DNA of 55,187 bases from Anaerolineae bacterium (GTDB lineage: Bacteria > Chloroflexota > Anaerolineae > Anaerolineales > UBA4823): NCBI GenBank assembly GCA_041301395.1, contig JBFYSP010000139.1, positions 1 through 55,187 of the forward strand, written 5' to 3'. Of this stretch, positions 27,221-36,442 are shown piece by piece. The translations under genes were made by a program, and so were the position numbers. Each line of letters opens with the position of its first letter. The first letter of the stretch is position 1. The notes below the pieces were generated by a model that was not told the DNA's origin, searched no databases, and was given only the letters and a program-made list of their open reading frames with translations.

Positions 27221-27667
27221 ATGCAGAATCATCGACCCTTCCAGCCGCCGGCGCGCAACCCAATCACCCAGCAGAAACATCGCCATGAGGTTTTCTGGCA
27301 GATCACCGTGCCGCTTATCGCTGGCGTCTTGATCATCGTCACCATCGGACTGACCATCGCCGTGGCCGGCAACATGGCGCAGATCAACAAGCTGGCGAAT
27401 GTGTCGATGATCTTCCTGATCGTCCCGGCGATGTTTTTCACCCTGATCGGGATCGCCATCACGGTCGCCTCGGTCTACGGACTGGTGCGCCTGATCCTGG
27501 TGATGCCCTACTACATGCGGCTGGCGCAGAATTTCATGCTGGTCGTGCGCATCCGTGTCTCTCGAGTCAGCGATGCGGCCACCGAGCCTTTCCTGCGCAT
27601 CCATGCCTGGCGGGCCTCTGCCGGACAGCTGAGGCGCAGCCTGCGCCGCAAGCCGCCGGCTCGCTGA
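27221..27667 (+). CDS. Hypothetical membrane protein (148 aa)
   Basis: Three hydrophobic segments and a basic C-terminus. No recognised family. Confidence 0.5.
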   Translation: MQNHRPFQPPARNPITQQKHRHEVFWQITVPLIAGVLIIVTIGLTIAVAGNMAQINKLANVSMIFLIVPAMFFTLIGIAITVASVYGLVRLILVMPYYMRLAQNFMLVVRIRVSRVSDAATEPFLRIHAWRASAGQLRRSLRRKPPAR

Positions 27668-27743
27668 GCCCTATCCTTGCCGACAGTGATCCACCCGAGA
27701 GCAATCCTTCGGCCTCTTATCCCCCCTCTGACAAAGGTGCCCC

Positions 27744-27965
27744 ATGACCAATAAAGAAATCGTGGCTATTGACCCAAAACGAAAAAACATCACCCTGGCG
27801 ATTGGCGGCGTGGCCGGCGCGCTGATTGGGCTGGCAGGCGCGTACATGCTGGTTCAAAACGCCGAACGCCAAAACGAGCCGATCGAGATCAGCACCGGTG
27901 AGGGCGTCAAGCTGGCGGTGCTGATAGTCAGCCTGCTGCGCAGCATCGCCACCCTGCACGACTGA
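27744..27965 (+). CDS. Hypothetical small membrane protein (73 aa)
   Basis: One or two hydrophobic helices. Positioned just upstream of, and co-directional with, the PCD gene. Confidence 0.45.
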   Translation: MTNKEIVAIDPKRKNITLAIGGVAGALIGLAGAYMLVQNAERQNEPIEISTGEGVKLAVLIVSLLRSIATLHD

Positions 27966-27970
27966 GCAAC

Positions 27971-28312
27971 ATGAGCTCGTTGAGTGACTTTCGCTGCGTG
28001 CCCTGCCGGGGCGGAGAGCCGGTGCTGACCGACGAAGAAATCGCGGCACTCCGACCGCAGGTGCCCGAATGGGCGGTAAGCGAGGTAGATGGCATCCGCC
28101 ACCTGGAGCGCGTTTTTAAGTTCAAGAACTTCGTCCAGGCGCTGGAATTCACCAACCAGGTCGGGGCACTGGCAGAGGCAGAAGGTCACCACCCGGCGCT
28201 GCTGACCGAATGGGGACGGGTGACTGTCACCTGGTGGACACATAAGATCAAGGGCCTGCACCGCAACGATTTCATCATGGCGGCCAAGACCGACCAGCTC
28301 TTCAGAATTTGA
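27971..28312 (+). CDS. 4a-hydroxytetrahydrobiopterin (pterin-4-alpha-carbinolamine) dehydratase
   Basis: [43 protein letters not shown] matches the PCD signature [DE]-x3-HHP. Confidence 0.85.
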   Translation: MSSLSDFRCVPCRGGEPVLTDEEIAALRPQVPEWAVSEVDGIRHLERVFKFKNFVQALEFTNQVGALAEAEGHHPALLTEWGRVTVTWWTHKIKGLHRNDFIMAAKTDQLFRI

Positions 28313-28331
28313 GCCTGTCTGGAATCCAGTA

Positions 28332-28364
28332 AAAAAATGCGGGAGGTTCCCGCATTTTTTATTT
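28332..28364 (+). terminator. Rho-independent terminator
   Basis: aaaaaaATGCGGGA-ggt-TCCCGCATttttttattt. An 8-bp stem flanked by an A-tract and a T-tract, 20 nt after the PCD stop. Confidence 0.8.
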
Positions 28365-28390
28365 CGCTTTCTTGACGTATAATTTTAATA

Positions 28391-29410
28391 ATGGAATTCA
28401 CCACGCCACGTTTCCTGCTCGCCGGACAACTAACCCGTGACTATTCGATCTTGCCAAACGGCCAAGCTTTGCTCGACCGGCCAGGCGGCAACGTGCTGTA
28501 TGCAGCCATCGGATTAAAGGTGTGGGAGCCTGATCCGCCGCCGGGTATCATCGCCCGGGTCGGGACAGATTACCCGGTTGAGTGGCTGGAACTGATTGCC
28601 GAGAAGGGATTGGACACACGCGGGGTGCGCGTGCTGCCGGATCCGGTAGACCTGCGATCTTTCGCGGCATACGTCGACAGGGATACTCGCTCCAGCAGCG
28701 ATATCGTGGCGCACTTTGCCCGCTGGGGACTGCCGTTCCCAAAAGAGCTGCTGGGGTTCAAGCCATATGTCTCGCATCTGGACAGCCGCACCCAGCTACA
28801 GCCGGTATCGCTGCGCCAGGGAGATATCCCGCAGGATTTCCTGGATGCCAGTGCGGCGCACCTTTGCCCGATCGACTACCTGTCGCACAGCCTGCTGCCG
28901 GCTATGCTGCGCCAGGCCGATTTCACCACGGTCACCCTGGACCCTGCGCAGGGATATATGAACCCGACCTATTGGATTCATGTGCCGGCACTGCTGACTG
29001 GTGTGACCGCCTTCATGCCATCTGAAGAGGATCTGCGCTCGCTGTTTCAGGGCAAGAGCACCGATCTGTGGGAGATGGCGGCCGGGATAGCAGCTTACGG
29101 CTGCGAGATGGTGGTGATCAAACGCGGCGGGCGCGGACAGCTGCTGTATGAAGCGGCTACACATAACCGCTGGGAAGTGCCCCCTTACCCGGCCCGGATA
29201 GCCAACCTGTTTGGCGCAGGAGATGCCTTTTGCGGCGGCTTCCTGGCAGGCTACCGCCGTTCGTTCGATCCACTGGAAGCCGTGCTGTACGGCAACATCT
29301 CGGCATCGCTGGTGATTGAAGGCCACGAATTCTATTACGCCCTGGATGCCATGCCGGGGCTGGCCGATGCCCGCCTGGAAGCCTTACGCCAGAACGTCAG
29401 AAAGGTATGA
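28391..29410 (+). CDS. PfkB-family carbohydrate kinase
   Basis: GGNVLYAA near the N-terminus and the C-terminal motif GAGDAFCGGFLAG. Confidence 0.8.
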   Translation: MEFTTPRFLLAGQLTRDYSILPNGQALLDRPGGNVLYAAIGLKVWEPDPPPGIIARVGTDYPVEWLELIAEKGLDTRGVRVLPDPVDLRSFAAYVDRDTRSSSDIVAHFARWGLPFPKELLGFKPYVSHLDSRTQLQPVSLRQGDIPQDFLDASAAHLCPIDYLSHSLLPAMLRQADFTTVTLDPAQGYMNPTYWIHVPALLTGVTAFMPSEEDLRSLFQGKSTDLWEMAAGIAAYGCEMVVIKRGGRGQLLYEAATHNRWEVPPYPARIANLFGAGDAFCGGFLAGYRRSFDPLEAVLYGNISASLVIEGHEFYYALDAMPGLADARLEALRQNVRKV

Positions 29411-30519
29411 TCATGGATCCCAACCGGATTGCTCGTATCCTGGATATGGCGGTCGCCATCCAACAGATTCCTGCCCCCACTTTCGCAGAGAGCCAACGAG
29501 CGGCATTCATCTGCCAGCAATTTAGCCAGGCCGGACTATCAGATGTCTCTGTCGATGAGGTCGGCAATGTGTACGGGCGTATCCCCGGGCAGGGGAGGGC
29601 GCGGCCGGTGGTAGTCTCCGCCCACACGGACACCGTCTTCCCGGCAGGGACAGACCTGAGTGTACGGCTTGAGGCGAACATGATCCACGGGCCGGGGATT
29701 GGCGACAACTCGCTGGGGGTAGCCGGTCTGTTTGGGCTGCTGTGGGAGCTGGAGGCTAACCGGCAGTCCGGGCGCCTGCCCGGCGATACCTGGCTGGTAG
29801 CCAATGTGTGCGAAGAAGGGCTGGGAGACCTGCGCGGCATGCGCAGTGTGGTCGAGCGCTTTGGCGACGAGCCGCGGGCCTATATCATCCTGGAAGGGAT
29901 GGCGTTGGGCCAGGTCTACCACCAGGGGCTGGGCGTGCAGCGTTACCGGATCAACATCCGCACCCAGGGAGGTCATTCCTGGGTCGATTACGGACGGCCT
30001 TCAGCCATCCACGAGCTGGCCGCGCTGGTGACGCGCCTGACCGCCCTGACGCTGCCCGGGCGACCGCGCACCTCGCTTAATGTGGGAGTGATCCAGGGTG
30101 GGACGAGCATCAACACGATCGCCGCCGAAGCCTGGCTGGAGCTGGATTTACGCTCGGAGGGCAGCCGCGCCCTGAGCGACCTGACCACTCGGGTTGAAGG
30201 GCTGGTGCAGGCGGCCAACCGTCCCAACGTGGAGGCGACCTGTGAAGTGATTGGCCTACGGCCGGCCGGTAAGCTGGCGATCAACCACCCATTGGTACTA
30301 CTGGCCTGCCAGTGCCTGGAGGCACAGGGCCTGCGCCCCAACCTGGGAATCGGGTCGACCGACGCCAACATCCCGCTCAACCGCGGCCTGCCGGCGGTGT
30401 GCATCGGGCTGACCAATGGCTCGGGCGCTCACACGGTCAAGGAATTTATCTTTACGGAGCCGCTGGGGAAGGGGCTGGCACAGGTGGTGGCGTTGGTAGA
30501 GGGGACGTTTGGGTTATAG
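29407..30519 (+). CDS. M20-family metallopeptidase/deacylase (ArgE/DapE/PepT-like)
   Basis: VVVSAHTDTVFP, GIGDNSLGVAGL and CEEGLGDLRG motifs. 4-nt overlap with the PfkB gene. Confidence 0.8.
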   Translation: MIMDPNRIARILDMAVAIQQIPAPTFAESQRAAFICQQFSQAGLSDVSVDEVGNVYGRIPGQGRARPVVVSAHTDTVFPAGTDLSVRLEANMIHGPGIGDNSLGVAGLFGLLWELEANRQSGRLPGDTWLVANVCEEGLGDLRGMRSVVERFGDEPRAYIILEGMALGQVYHQGLGVQRYRINIRTQGGHSWVDYGRPSAIHELAALVTRLTALTLPGRPRTSLNVGVIQGGTSINTIAAEAWLELDLRSEGSRALSDLTTRVEGLVQAANRPNVEATCEVIGLRPAGKLAINHPLVLLACQCLEAQGLRPNLGIGSTDANIPLNRGLPAVCIGLTNGSGAHTVKEFIFTEPLGKGLAQVVALVEGTFGL

Positions 30520-32605
30520 CGCGAGCATCCAGGGCGATGACTCCCTGGCCGGCAGGCAGCACCCGCAGGGGATTGATCTCGATTTCGGCGAGCTGGGGGA
30601 AATCGGCGGCCAGCTGCCCCAGGCGCAGGAGCACATCGCGCACGGCGGTCCGGTCGGCGGCGGGCAGGCTGCGGTAGCCGGCTAAGCGTCGGCCGGCCCA
30701 GGTGCTGTCTAACAGGTAGTCGGCTTCTTGCGAGTCGAGCGGGGCCAGGGCAAAGGCCACATCCTTCAAGCCTTCCACTTCGATGCCTCCCAGGCCAAAC
30801 ATCAGCAACGCGCCAAACTGCGGGTCCTGCACGGCGCCCACAATGACCTCCTGTCCGCCAAAGGACATGGGCTGGACGTGCACGCCATCCAGGCGGGCAC
30901 CCGGCTGCGCTCGGTGGGCATTTTCGATCACCTGGATGAACCCGTCGGCGACAGCCTGTTCATCGTGCAGATCCAGCAGCACGCCGCCTACATCCGACTT
31001 ATGCGAGATCTCCGGGGAGGCCACCTTCAAGGCCACCGGGAAGCCCAGCTGCCTGGCCAGGCGAACGGCTTCTTCGGGCGAGTGCGCCAAATCGAGGGGC
31101 AGGGTTGGGATGCCATAGGCCTGCAGCAGGTGCAGGACCTGTGGGGGGTCCAGATCCCCGGGCTGCGCCAGGATAGCGGCGGCCTGTTGATGGTCGACTG
31201 CCAGTTCGGGCTGTGCAGGCTGGGGCCGGCAGCGCTGCAGGTATTCGGCACGCGCCGCCAGGGTGGCCAGGGCGGAAGCAGCACGCTCCGGGAAGCGATA
31301 CTCGGGGACATGCGCCGCCCGGAAGTGCTCCACCGCTTCCTGGATCAAGCGCTCGCCCATCAAAGCGACCACTACGGGTTTCTCGGCGCTGTGGATCACC
31401 GGGATGAGCGCTTTGGCGACTGCCCCGGCGGTGTACATGGGCGGCGGCGGCAGGATCACCAGCGCGCCATCCACAGCAGGATCAGCCAGCAGCAGGCGCA
31501 GGCAGCCGGCATACTGTTCCGGCGAGGCAGAAGCCAGCATATCTATCGGGTTGTGCAGGCTGGCCTCGCGCGGCAGAATCTGCCCCAGGGCGCTGCGCGT
31601 TTCCTGCCCAAGCTCGGCCAGGCGCATGCCGCGCAGCTCCAGTGCATCCGAGGCGGTGGCGCCCGGACCGCCAGCATTGGTCAGGATGGCGATCGAGCGG
31701 CCGCGCGGTGGGGGGCACCAGGCTAAGGCGCGAGCCCAGTCGAACATCTCCTCGCTGGTCTCAGCGCGGATCACGCCCGCCCGGCGGAAAGCAGCATTAT
31801 AGGCCGACTCCCGCCCGGCCAGGGCACCAGTATGGGAAGCCACCGCCCGCCGGCCGCCGGCCATGCGACCGACCTTGAGGGCGATGACCGGTTTATCGAT
31901 TGTCACCTGGGCGGCGGCGGCGGTGAAGCGCCGCCCATCGCTGACGCCCTCCAGGTAGAGGGTCAGAACGCGAGTGAAAGGATCGGCGGCCACAGCCGAG
32001 AGGACATCGGTCTCGTTGACATCAGCCTGATTGCCCAGGCTGACCAGGCGCGACATACCAAAGCCCTGGCCGCGCGCCCAATCGATCACCGCGGCGCAGA
32101 TCGCCCCGGAATGGGAGATGAAGGCCACGTCGCCCGGTGGGGGGCCGGGCGGTGGAAGAAAGGTGGCGTCGATTGGCAGGTGGGTATCCAGCAGGCCGAT
32201 GCAGTTGGGGCCAATCAGGCGAATGCCATAGGAGCGGGCAATCTGCAAGATTTCCGCCTCCAGGGCGGCGCCCTGCGGACCGGTCTCGCGAAAGCCACCC
32301 GAGCCGACCACCACCGCTTTCAAGCCACGCCGGCCAGCCCGGTGCAGAATCTCTGCGATAGCGCCGGCAGGGACGAGCAAGAAAGCCAGGTCGAGCGGGT
32401 CGGGCACGGCTTCCAGGTTGGGATGCAAGGGGCGGCCAAACAGACTGCCGCCACGCGGATTGACCAGGTGCACAGCGCCCTGGTAGTTACTCTGCACCAG
32501 GTTGCGCGCCAGGCCGTAGCCCAGCTTGGTCGGGTCGTTGGATGCGCCCACCACGGCAATGCCGCGCGGCGAGAAAAATGGCGCCAGGGAAGGGTCAAAG
32601 CTCAT
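30452..32605 (-). CDS. ADP-forming acetyl-CoA synthetase family protein (fused CoA-binding and ATP-grasp domains)
   Basis: FFSPRGIAVVGASNDPTKLGYG... (CoA-binding), succinyl-CoA-synthetase-like flavodoxin domains, and a C-terminal ATP-grasp (GFPVALKVASPEISHKSDVGGV). The 3' end overlaps the M20 gene by 68 nt on the opposite strand. Confidence 0.85.
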   Translation of the reverse strand: MSFDPSLAPFFSPRGIAVVGASNDPTKLGYGLARNLVQSNYQGAVHLVNPRGGSLFGRPLHPNLEAVPDPLDLAFLLVPAGAIAEILHRAGRRGLKAVVVGSGGFRETGPQGAALEAEILQIARSYGIRLIGPNCIGLLDTHLPIDATFLPPPGPPPGDVAFISHSGAICAAVIDWARGQGFGMSRLVSLGNQADVNETDVLSAVAADPFTRVLTLYLEGVSDGRRFTAAAAQVTIDKPVIALKVGRMAGGRRAVASHTGALAGRESAYNAAFRRAGVIRAETSEEMFDWARALAWCPPPRGRSIAILTNAGGPGATASDALELRGMRLAELGQETRSALGQILPREASLHNPIDMLASASPEQYAGCLRLLLADPAVDGALVILPPPPMYTAGAVAKALIPVIHSAEKPVVVALMGERLIQEAVEHFRAAHVPEYRFPERAASALATLAARAEYLQRCRPQPAQPELAVDHQQAAAILAQPGDLDPPQVLHLLQAYGIPTLPLDLAHSPEEAVRLARQLGFPVALKVASPEISHKSDVGGVLLDLHDEQAVADGFIQVIENAHRAQPGARLDGVHVQPMSFGGQEVIVGAVQDPQFGALLMFGLGGIEVEGLKDVAFALAPLDSQEADYLLDSTWAGRRLAGYRSLPAADRTAVRDVLLRLGQLAADFPQLAEIEINPLRVLPAGQGVIALDARAITQTSPLPTPPPVPAPSPAAP

Positions 32606-32652
32606 GGGGCAGGCCTCCGAAATGATGGCGGCGGTTCATGGGGGGATACAGG

Positions 32653-33444
32653 TCAGGTATTGACCTGCACCTGAACGGGATCGCCGACCCGGGCGCCCAG
32701 GCGGGCAGCAGCGCTACCGTTAACCTCGCAGACGATCAGGTTGCCGGTGCTGCCGAAGAGCGCTACCAGCTCGCCGGGGGGTCGCTCGCCAAAGGTGCGC
32801 ACCAATCCCTGCACGGTGACCCCTGCCAGGCGCACCGTGATGTTCTCGATGCCGGGTAGGTGCTCCAGGCGCAGGTTGGTGGCCAGGTTGCCGAAATGGT
32901 CAATGTGGATGATCTCGGCCTGCCAGCCGAGGGGGGTGCGCTGCGGCTGGGGCAATGCCAGGCGGTGCGGATCGGACAGCGGCGAGCCAAGATCGGCCAG
33001 CTGCATACCGGCAGCCAGGCGGCCGGCGACCGGCGAGAAGATATCCCGGCCGTGAAAGACCTGGCTGACTTCCGGCAGCCAGAATTGCGGGCGATCCAGA
33101 TGGACGAAGTCCACCGTCAGGCGGCGGGCTTGCACCCATTCCAGATACTGCGTAACCACGCCGTTATCCGGCCCGACAAAATACTGCTCGCCCAGGCGGG
33201 CGGCCAACGGGCGGCGATTCGTGCCCACCCCGGGGTCGACCACCACGAGGTGCACAGTGCCCGACGGGAAGTAAGGCGCCGAGCGAGCCAGGATCAGGGC
33301 GGCCTCGCGGATGTTCTGCGGCCCGATCAGATGACTGAGGTCTGCGATTTGCGCCTGGGGGGCAAAGCTCCAGATGACGCCCTTCATAACGCCTACATTG
33401 CCATCCTTCAGGCCAAAATCGGTCATTAAGGTTACAATGCTCAT
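32653..33444 (-). CDS. SAM hydrolase / SAM-dependent halogenase family protein (DUF62)
   Basis: MSIVTLMTDFGLKDGNVGVMKGVI...HLVVVDPGVGT. Start trimmed to ATG 33444. Confidence 0.85.
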   Translation of the reverse strand: MSIVTLMTDFGLKDGNVGVMKGVIWSFAPQAQIADLSHLIGPQNIREAALILARSAPYFPSGTVHLVVVDPGVGTNRRPLAARLGEQYFVGPDNGVVTQYLEWVQARRLTVDFVHLDRPQFWLPEVSQVFHGRDIFSPVAGRLAAGMQLADLGSPLSDPHRLALPQPQRTPLGWQAEIIHIDHFGNLATNLRLEHLPGIENITVRLAGVTVQGLVRTFGERPPGELVALFGSTGNLIVCEVNGSAAARLGARVGDPVQVQVNT

Positions 33445-33571
33445 CTGCTGCTCCTGGGGCGGCGGGGTTGTCTGGTAAAGTATATATAGCATGCTGGATG
33501 GTGGATGTCAATGATCGGTATCGGTATGATACAATTTTGACGCCTGACAACCGGTAACCATTCCGGCCCGG

Positions 33572-34204
33572 ATGCATCTAATGAATAACAGGAACACTCT
33601 CGCTGAAGATTTTTCACTCCCCGCCCTGCGCACCGGCGACCGGGCAGAGTTTGCCCGGCTGGTAGAGGCTTATTCCGGCTTTATCTACCGGCTGGGGCTG
33701 AAGCTGCTGGAAGACCCGCAGGATGCCGAGGATGTGCTGCAGGAGACCTTCCTGAAGGCCCACCGCGGGCTGGCGAATTTCGACGGGCGGTCGAGCCTGT
33801 CCACCTGGCTTTACCGCATCGCCACCAACGAAGCGCTGATGGTGATCCGCCGCCGCAAGGCTCCGGCTATCTCGCTCGAAGAGCCGCTGGAAGGCGACCT
33901 GGCAGAGCAGGAGCCGCTGGAAATCCTGGATTGGTGCTGCGCCCCGGAGGCGGAATTGATGTCCGGCGAGGCGCGCCGCATGCTGGACCAGGCGGTGGAT
34001 GCGCTGCCCGCCACATTGCGGGTGGTGTTCATCCTGCGAGATATTGAAGGGCTGTCGACCCTGGAAACCAGCCAGGTGCTCAACCTGAGCGAAGCCGCTG
34101 TCAAGACCCGGCTGTCACGCGCCCGCCTGCGCCTGCGGGAACAACTTACCGGTTATTTTGGCGAACGCCTGCGCCAACAAGAATTGGAAGAAGGATCCGA
34201 ATGA
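33572..34204 (+). CDS. ECF-type RNA polymerase sigma-70 factor
   Basis: Region 2 (DAEDVLQETFLKAHR...STWLYRIATNEA) and region 4 (LRDIEGLSTLETSQVLNLSEAAVKTRLSRAR). Confidence 0.9.
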   Translation: MHLMNNRNTLAEDFSLPALRTGDRAEFARLVEAYSGFIYRLGLKLLEDPQDAEDVLQETFLKAHRGLANFDGRSSLSTWLYRIATNEALMVIRRRKAPAISLEEPLEGDLAEQEPLEILDWCCAPEAELMSGEARRMLDQAVDALPATLRVVFILRDIEGLSTLETSQVLNLSEAAVKTRLSRARLRLREQLTGYFGERLRQQELEEGSE

Positions 34205-34461
34205 ACCACGCCGGCTGCCATGATTTACTAAGCTCCCTGTCCGAATACGTGGACGGGACGCTGGACGACAGTTTGTGCGCCGAGATCGAACGGCACATGT
34301 CCGGCTGCGACAACTGCCGGATCGTGATCGACACACTGCGCAAGACCATCGAGCTGTACCAGGTCACGGCCCTACCGCCCAACCTGCCGCAAGACGTCCA
34401 CAGCCGGCTTTTTCACCGACTGGCGCTGGACGAATTCATCGACCACTCTTCAGACGTGTAA
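34201..34461 (+). CDS. Zinc-binding anti-sigma factor (ZAS, HxxxCxxC)
   Basis: 4-nt overlap with the sigma gene. N-terminal Cys plus HMSGCDNC. Confidence 0.8.
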   Translation: MNHAGCHDLLSSLSEYVDGTLDDSLCAEIERHMSGCDNCRIVIDTLRKTIELYQVTALPPNLPQDVHSRLFHRLALDEFIDHSSDV

Positions 34462-34492
34462 CCTTTCCCCACAACCCGCATCTAAACCGATA

Positions 34493-34687
34493 ATGGCAGC
34501 CAAATCAGGCCCCCAGGCGCCTCCCCAAGCACCGTTCCCGGTGGGGCCGCTGCGCAATAAAGCATCCTCAGAGCCGCGCGTCGGAGACACCTGCCCGGTG
34601 TGTCGGGAAGGCCGGCTGGATTATGACGGCCTGTTGAACCTGGCGTGCACCCAGTGCGGCTACAGCCTGGCCGGCTGCTTTACCTGA
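34493..34687 (+). CDS. Hypothetical small zinc-ribbon protein (64 aa)
   Basis: CPVC...(15)...CTQC, with an additional C-terminal Cys (GCFT). No clear SD, and the N-terminal half is low-complexity. Confidence 0.4.
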   Translation: MAAKSGPQAPPQAPFPVGPLRNKASSEPRVGDTCPVCREGRLDYDGLLNLACTQCGYSLAGCFT

Positions 34688-34726
34688 TAACCAACCAATT
34701 TACCCCGGCGGGGTAAAGGAGATTCT

Positions 34727-35395
34727 ATGACCGAAAAAATGTTAAATGACGATATTACTCGCCAGGTGACCGAGTTCTTCCAACAGCTGCAGGAGCCGGT
34801 CGAAGTGCTGTATTTCGGCCGCAAGGACGACTGCGACTATTGCGACGATACTCGCCTTCTCCTGGAAGAGCTGGTGGAGACCTCCGATAAGCTGGCGCTC
34901 AATACCTACGACCTGGATGACGACGCCGGCCTGGCAGAGCAATACCGGGTTGACAAGGCACCCGGCATCGTGATTGCCGGGCGAGATGGCGACCAGATCC
35001 TGGATTACGGCATCCGCTATTCCGGCATCCCGGCCGGGTCCGAGTTCAGCTCGCTGATCAACACGATGGTGCTGGTCTCCAGCCGCGATTCAGGGTTGGA
35101 TCCACAGACGCGCCAGGTGCTGGCGGGGCTTAAGAAACCAGTCCACCTGCAGGTGTTCGTCACACCTACCTGACCATACTGCCCGCGAGCCGTGGTGCTC
35201 GCTCACCAGATGGCGCTGGAAAGCCCCATGATCGAAGCCGAGATGGTCGAGGCGATGGAGTTCCCCGAGCTGTCCAACCGCTTCCACGTCAGCGGGGTGC
35301 CGCAGACGACGATCAACGCTGGAGCCGGCACAGTGGTTGGTGCGGTGCCTGAAGACCAGCTGCTCAAGGAAATCCAGCGTGCGATTGCCAAGTAA
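34727..35395 (+). CDS. Two-domain protein disulfide oxidoreductase (PDO / glutaredoxin-like). Predicted selenoprotein with TGA at 35171-35173 read as Sec.
   Basis: ORFs 34727-35173 and 35192-35395 share one frame, and the only interruption is a single TGA. The joined protein (222 aa) has CDYC in domain 1 and VFVTPT-[TGA]-PYCPRAVVLAHQMALES in domain 2. This is the position of the first Cys of the CPYC motif in archaeal and thermophile PDOs. A SECIS-like hairpin follows. Confidence 0.8.
35174..35213 (+). promoter_or_regulatory. Bacterial SECIS-like stem-loop immediately 3' of the in-frame UGA
   Basis: Lower stem CCAU(A)CUG 35174-35181 pairs with CAGAUGG 35207-35213. After an internal loop, the upper stem GCGAGC 35185-35190 pairs with GCUCGC 35197-35202, with apical loop CGUGGU. 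The upper stem starts 11 nt after UGA, as in the E. coli fdhF minimal SECIS. Confidence 0.65.
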
Positions 35396-35957
35396 AAAAA
35401 AGCCGGGCCGCCAGGTCCTACCCTTAATCCTGATCGGGATAGGCCTGGTCGCCCTGGGCATCGCATCCTTCTTGCTTCTGCCTAAGCCGGGACAGGGCAG
35501 CCAGGCCAGCGAGGAGGCGGTTTACGCCATCCCGGTGGTGGTGGATTTCCCGGCGCCGCAGATTGAGCTGCGCGACCTGGAAAACCAGCCGGTAGCCTTA
35601 TCCGACTATGCGGGCAAGGTCGTCCTGGTCAACAACTGGGCAACCTGGTGCCCGCCGTGCAAGGCCGAGATGCCCACCCTGGAAGCCTATTTCAACGACT
35701 ACCAGGCGCAGGATTTTGTGATCGTGGCGATTGAAGCCGGCGAGCCGGCAGAAGAAGTGGCCACCTTCGCCCGCGAGTATCGCCTGTCTTTCCCGGTGTG
35801 GCCCGATCCCGACTTTGTCTCTCAGACCAGCTTCAAGAATGATGCGCTACCCAGCTCGTATGTCATCGACCGCCAGGGGCAGGTCCGGCTGGCATGGGTA
35901 GGCCCGATCAACCGGGAGCTCTTAGAGCAATACGTTACCCCTTTATTGGAGGAATAA
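35379..35957 (+). CDS. TlpA/ResA-family membrane-anchored thiol:disulfide oxidoreductase
   Basis: WATWCPPCKAEMP active site and an N-terminal basic-plus-TM anchor. GTG 35379 has AAGGA 7 nt upstream. The ORF-track ATG 35337 would overlap the PDO gene by 59 nt. Confidence 0.8.
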   Translation: MRLPSKKKPGRQVLPLILIGIGLVALGIASFLLLPKPGQGSQASEEAVYAIPVVVDFPAPQIELRDLENQPVALSDYAGKVVLVNNWATWCPPCKAEMPTLEAYFNDYQAQDFVIVAIEAGEPAEEVATFAREYRLSFPVWPDPDFVSQTSFKNDALPSSYVIDRQGQVRLAWVGPINRELLEQYVTPLLEE

Positions 35958-35959
35958 TT

Positions 35960-36442
35960 ATGGAAGCAATGGTCAATTGGCAAGGCGGGTTAGCCTTCGA
36001 CGGCAAAGCCGACACCGGATTCCAGATCCGCCTGGATGCGGCTGCAAGCGCAGGCGGGGAGAACAGCGGGTTCCGCCCGATGGAACTGCTGGCGATAGGC
36101 CTGGCCGGCTGCACAGCCATGGACGTGATCTCGATTTTGCAGAAAAAACGCCAGGAGGTGACCGGATTTCAGGTGCTGGCGCATATGGAACGGCGTGAAG
36201 CTCACCCCAAGATGTTCAACCATGCTGTACTGGAATACCTGATCAGCGGGCACAGCATCGATGAAGCCGCGGTGGTGCGCTCGATCGAGCTCTCCGCCAC
36301 AACCTACTGTTCGGCACAGGCAATGTTTGCTCAGATCATGCCGATCGAGCTGCGCTTCAGCATCTTTGAAGACCTGGGAGATGGGCGTCAGGAGCTGGTC
36401 ACCAGCGGCAGCTACACCCTGCCCGAAAAGACAGCCGCATGA
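35960..36442 (+). CDS. OsmC/Ohr-family peroxiredoxin-like protein
   Basis: GGAGG lies 7 nt upstream of ATG 35960. GFRPMELLAIGLAGCTAMDV and TYCSAQAMF supply the two conserved Cys residues. Confidence 0.85.
   Translation: MEAMVNWQGGLAFDGKADTGFQIRLDAAASAGGENSGFRPMELLAIGLAGCTAMDVISILQKKRQEVTGFQVLAHMERREAHPKMFNHAVLEYLISGHSIDEAAVVRSIELSATTYCSAQAMFAQIMPIELRFSIFEDLGDGRQELVTSGSYTLPEKTAA

Noticed and set aside
30452-30519. 68-nt convergent overlap between the ADP-forming acetyl-CoA synthetase tail and the M20 peptidase 3' end
   Set aside because: It is probably just a Pro/Ala-rich, non-conserved C-terminal tail (TSPLPTPPPVPAPSPAAP) running until the first stop codon. There is no evidence of functional significance.
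35171-35173. Interpreting the TGA in the PDO gene as a simple nonsense mutation or pseudogene
   Set aside because: The stop falls exactly on the redox-active Cys codon. The downstream 67 codons remain intact, in frame and homologous to PDO. A SECIS-geometry hairpin follows immediately. A pseudogene or a sequencing error (TGC/TGT read as TGA) still cannot be excluded without reads and evidence of the sel genes.
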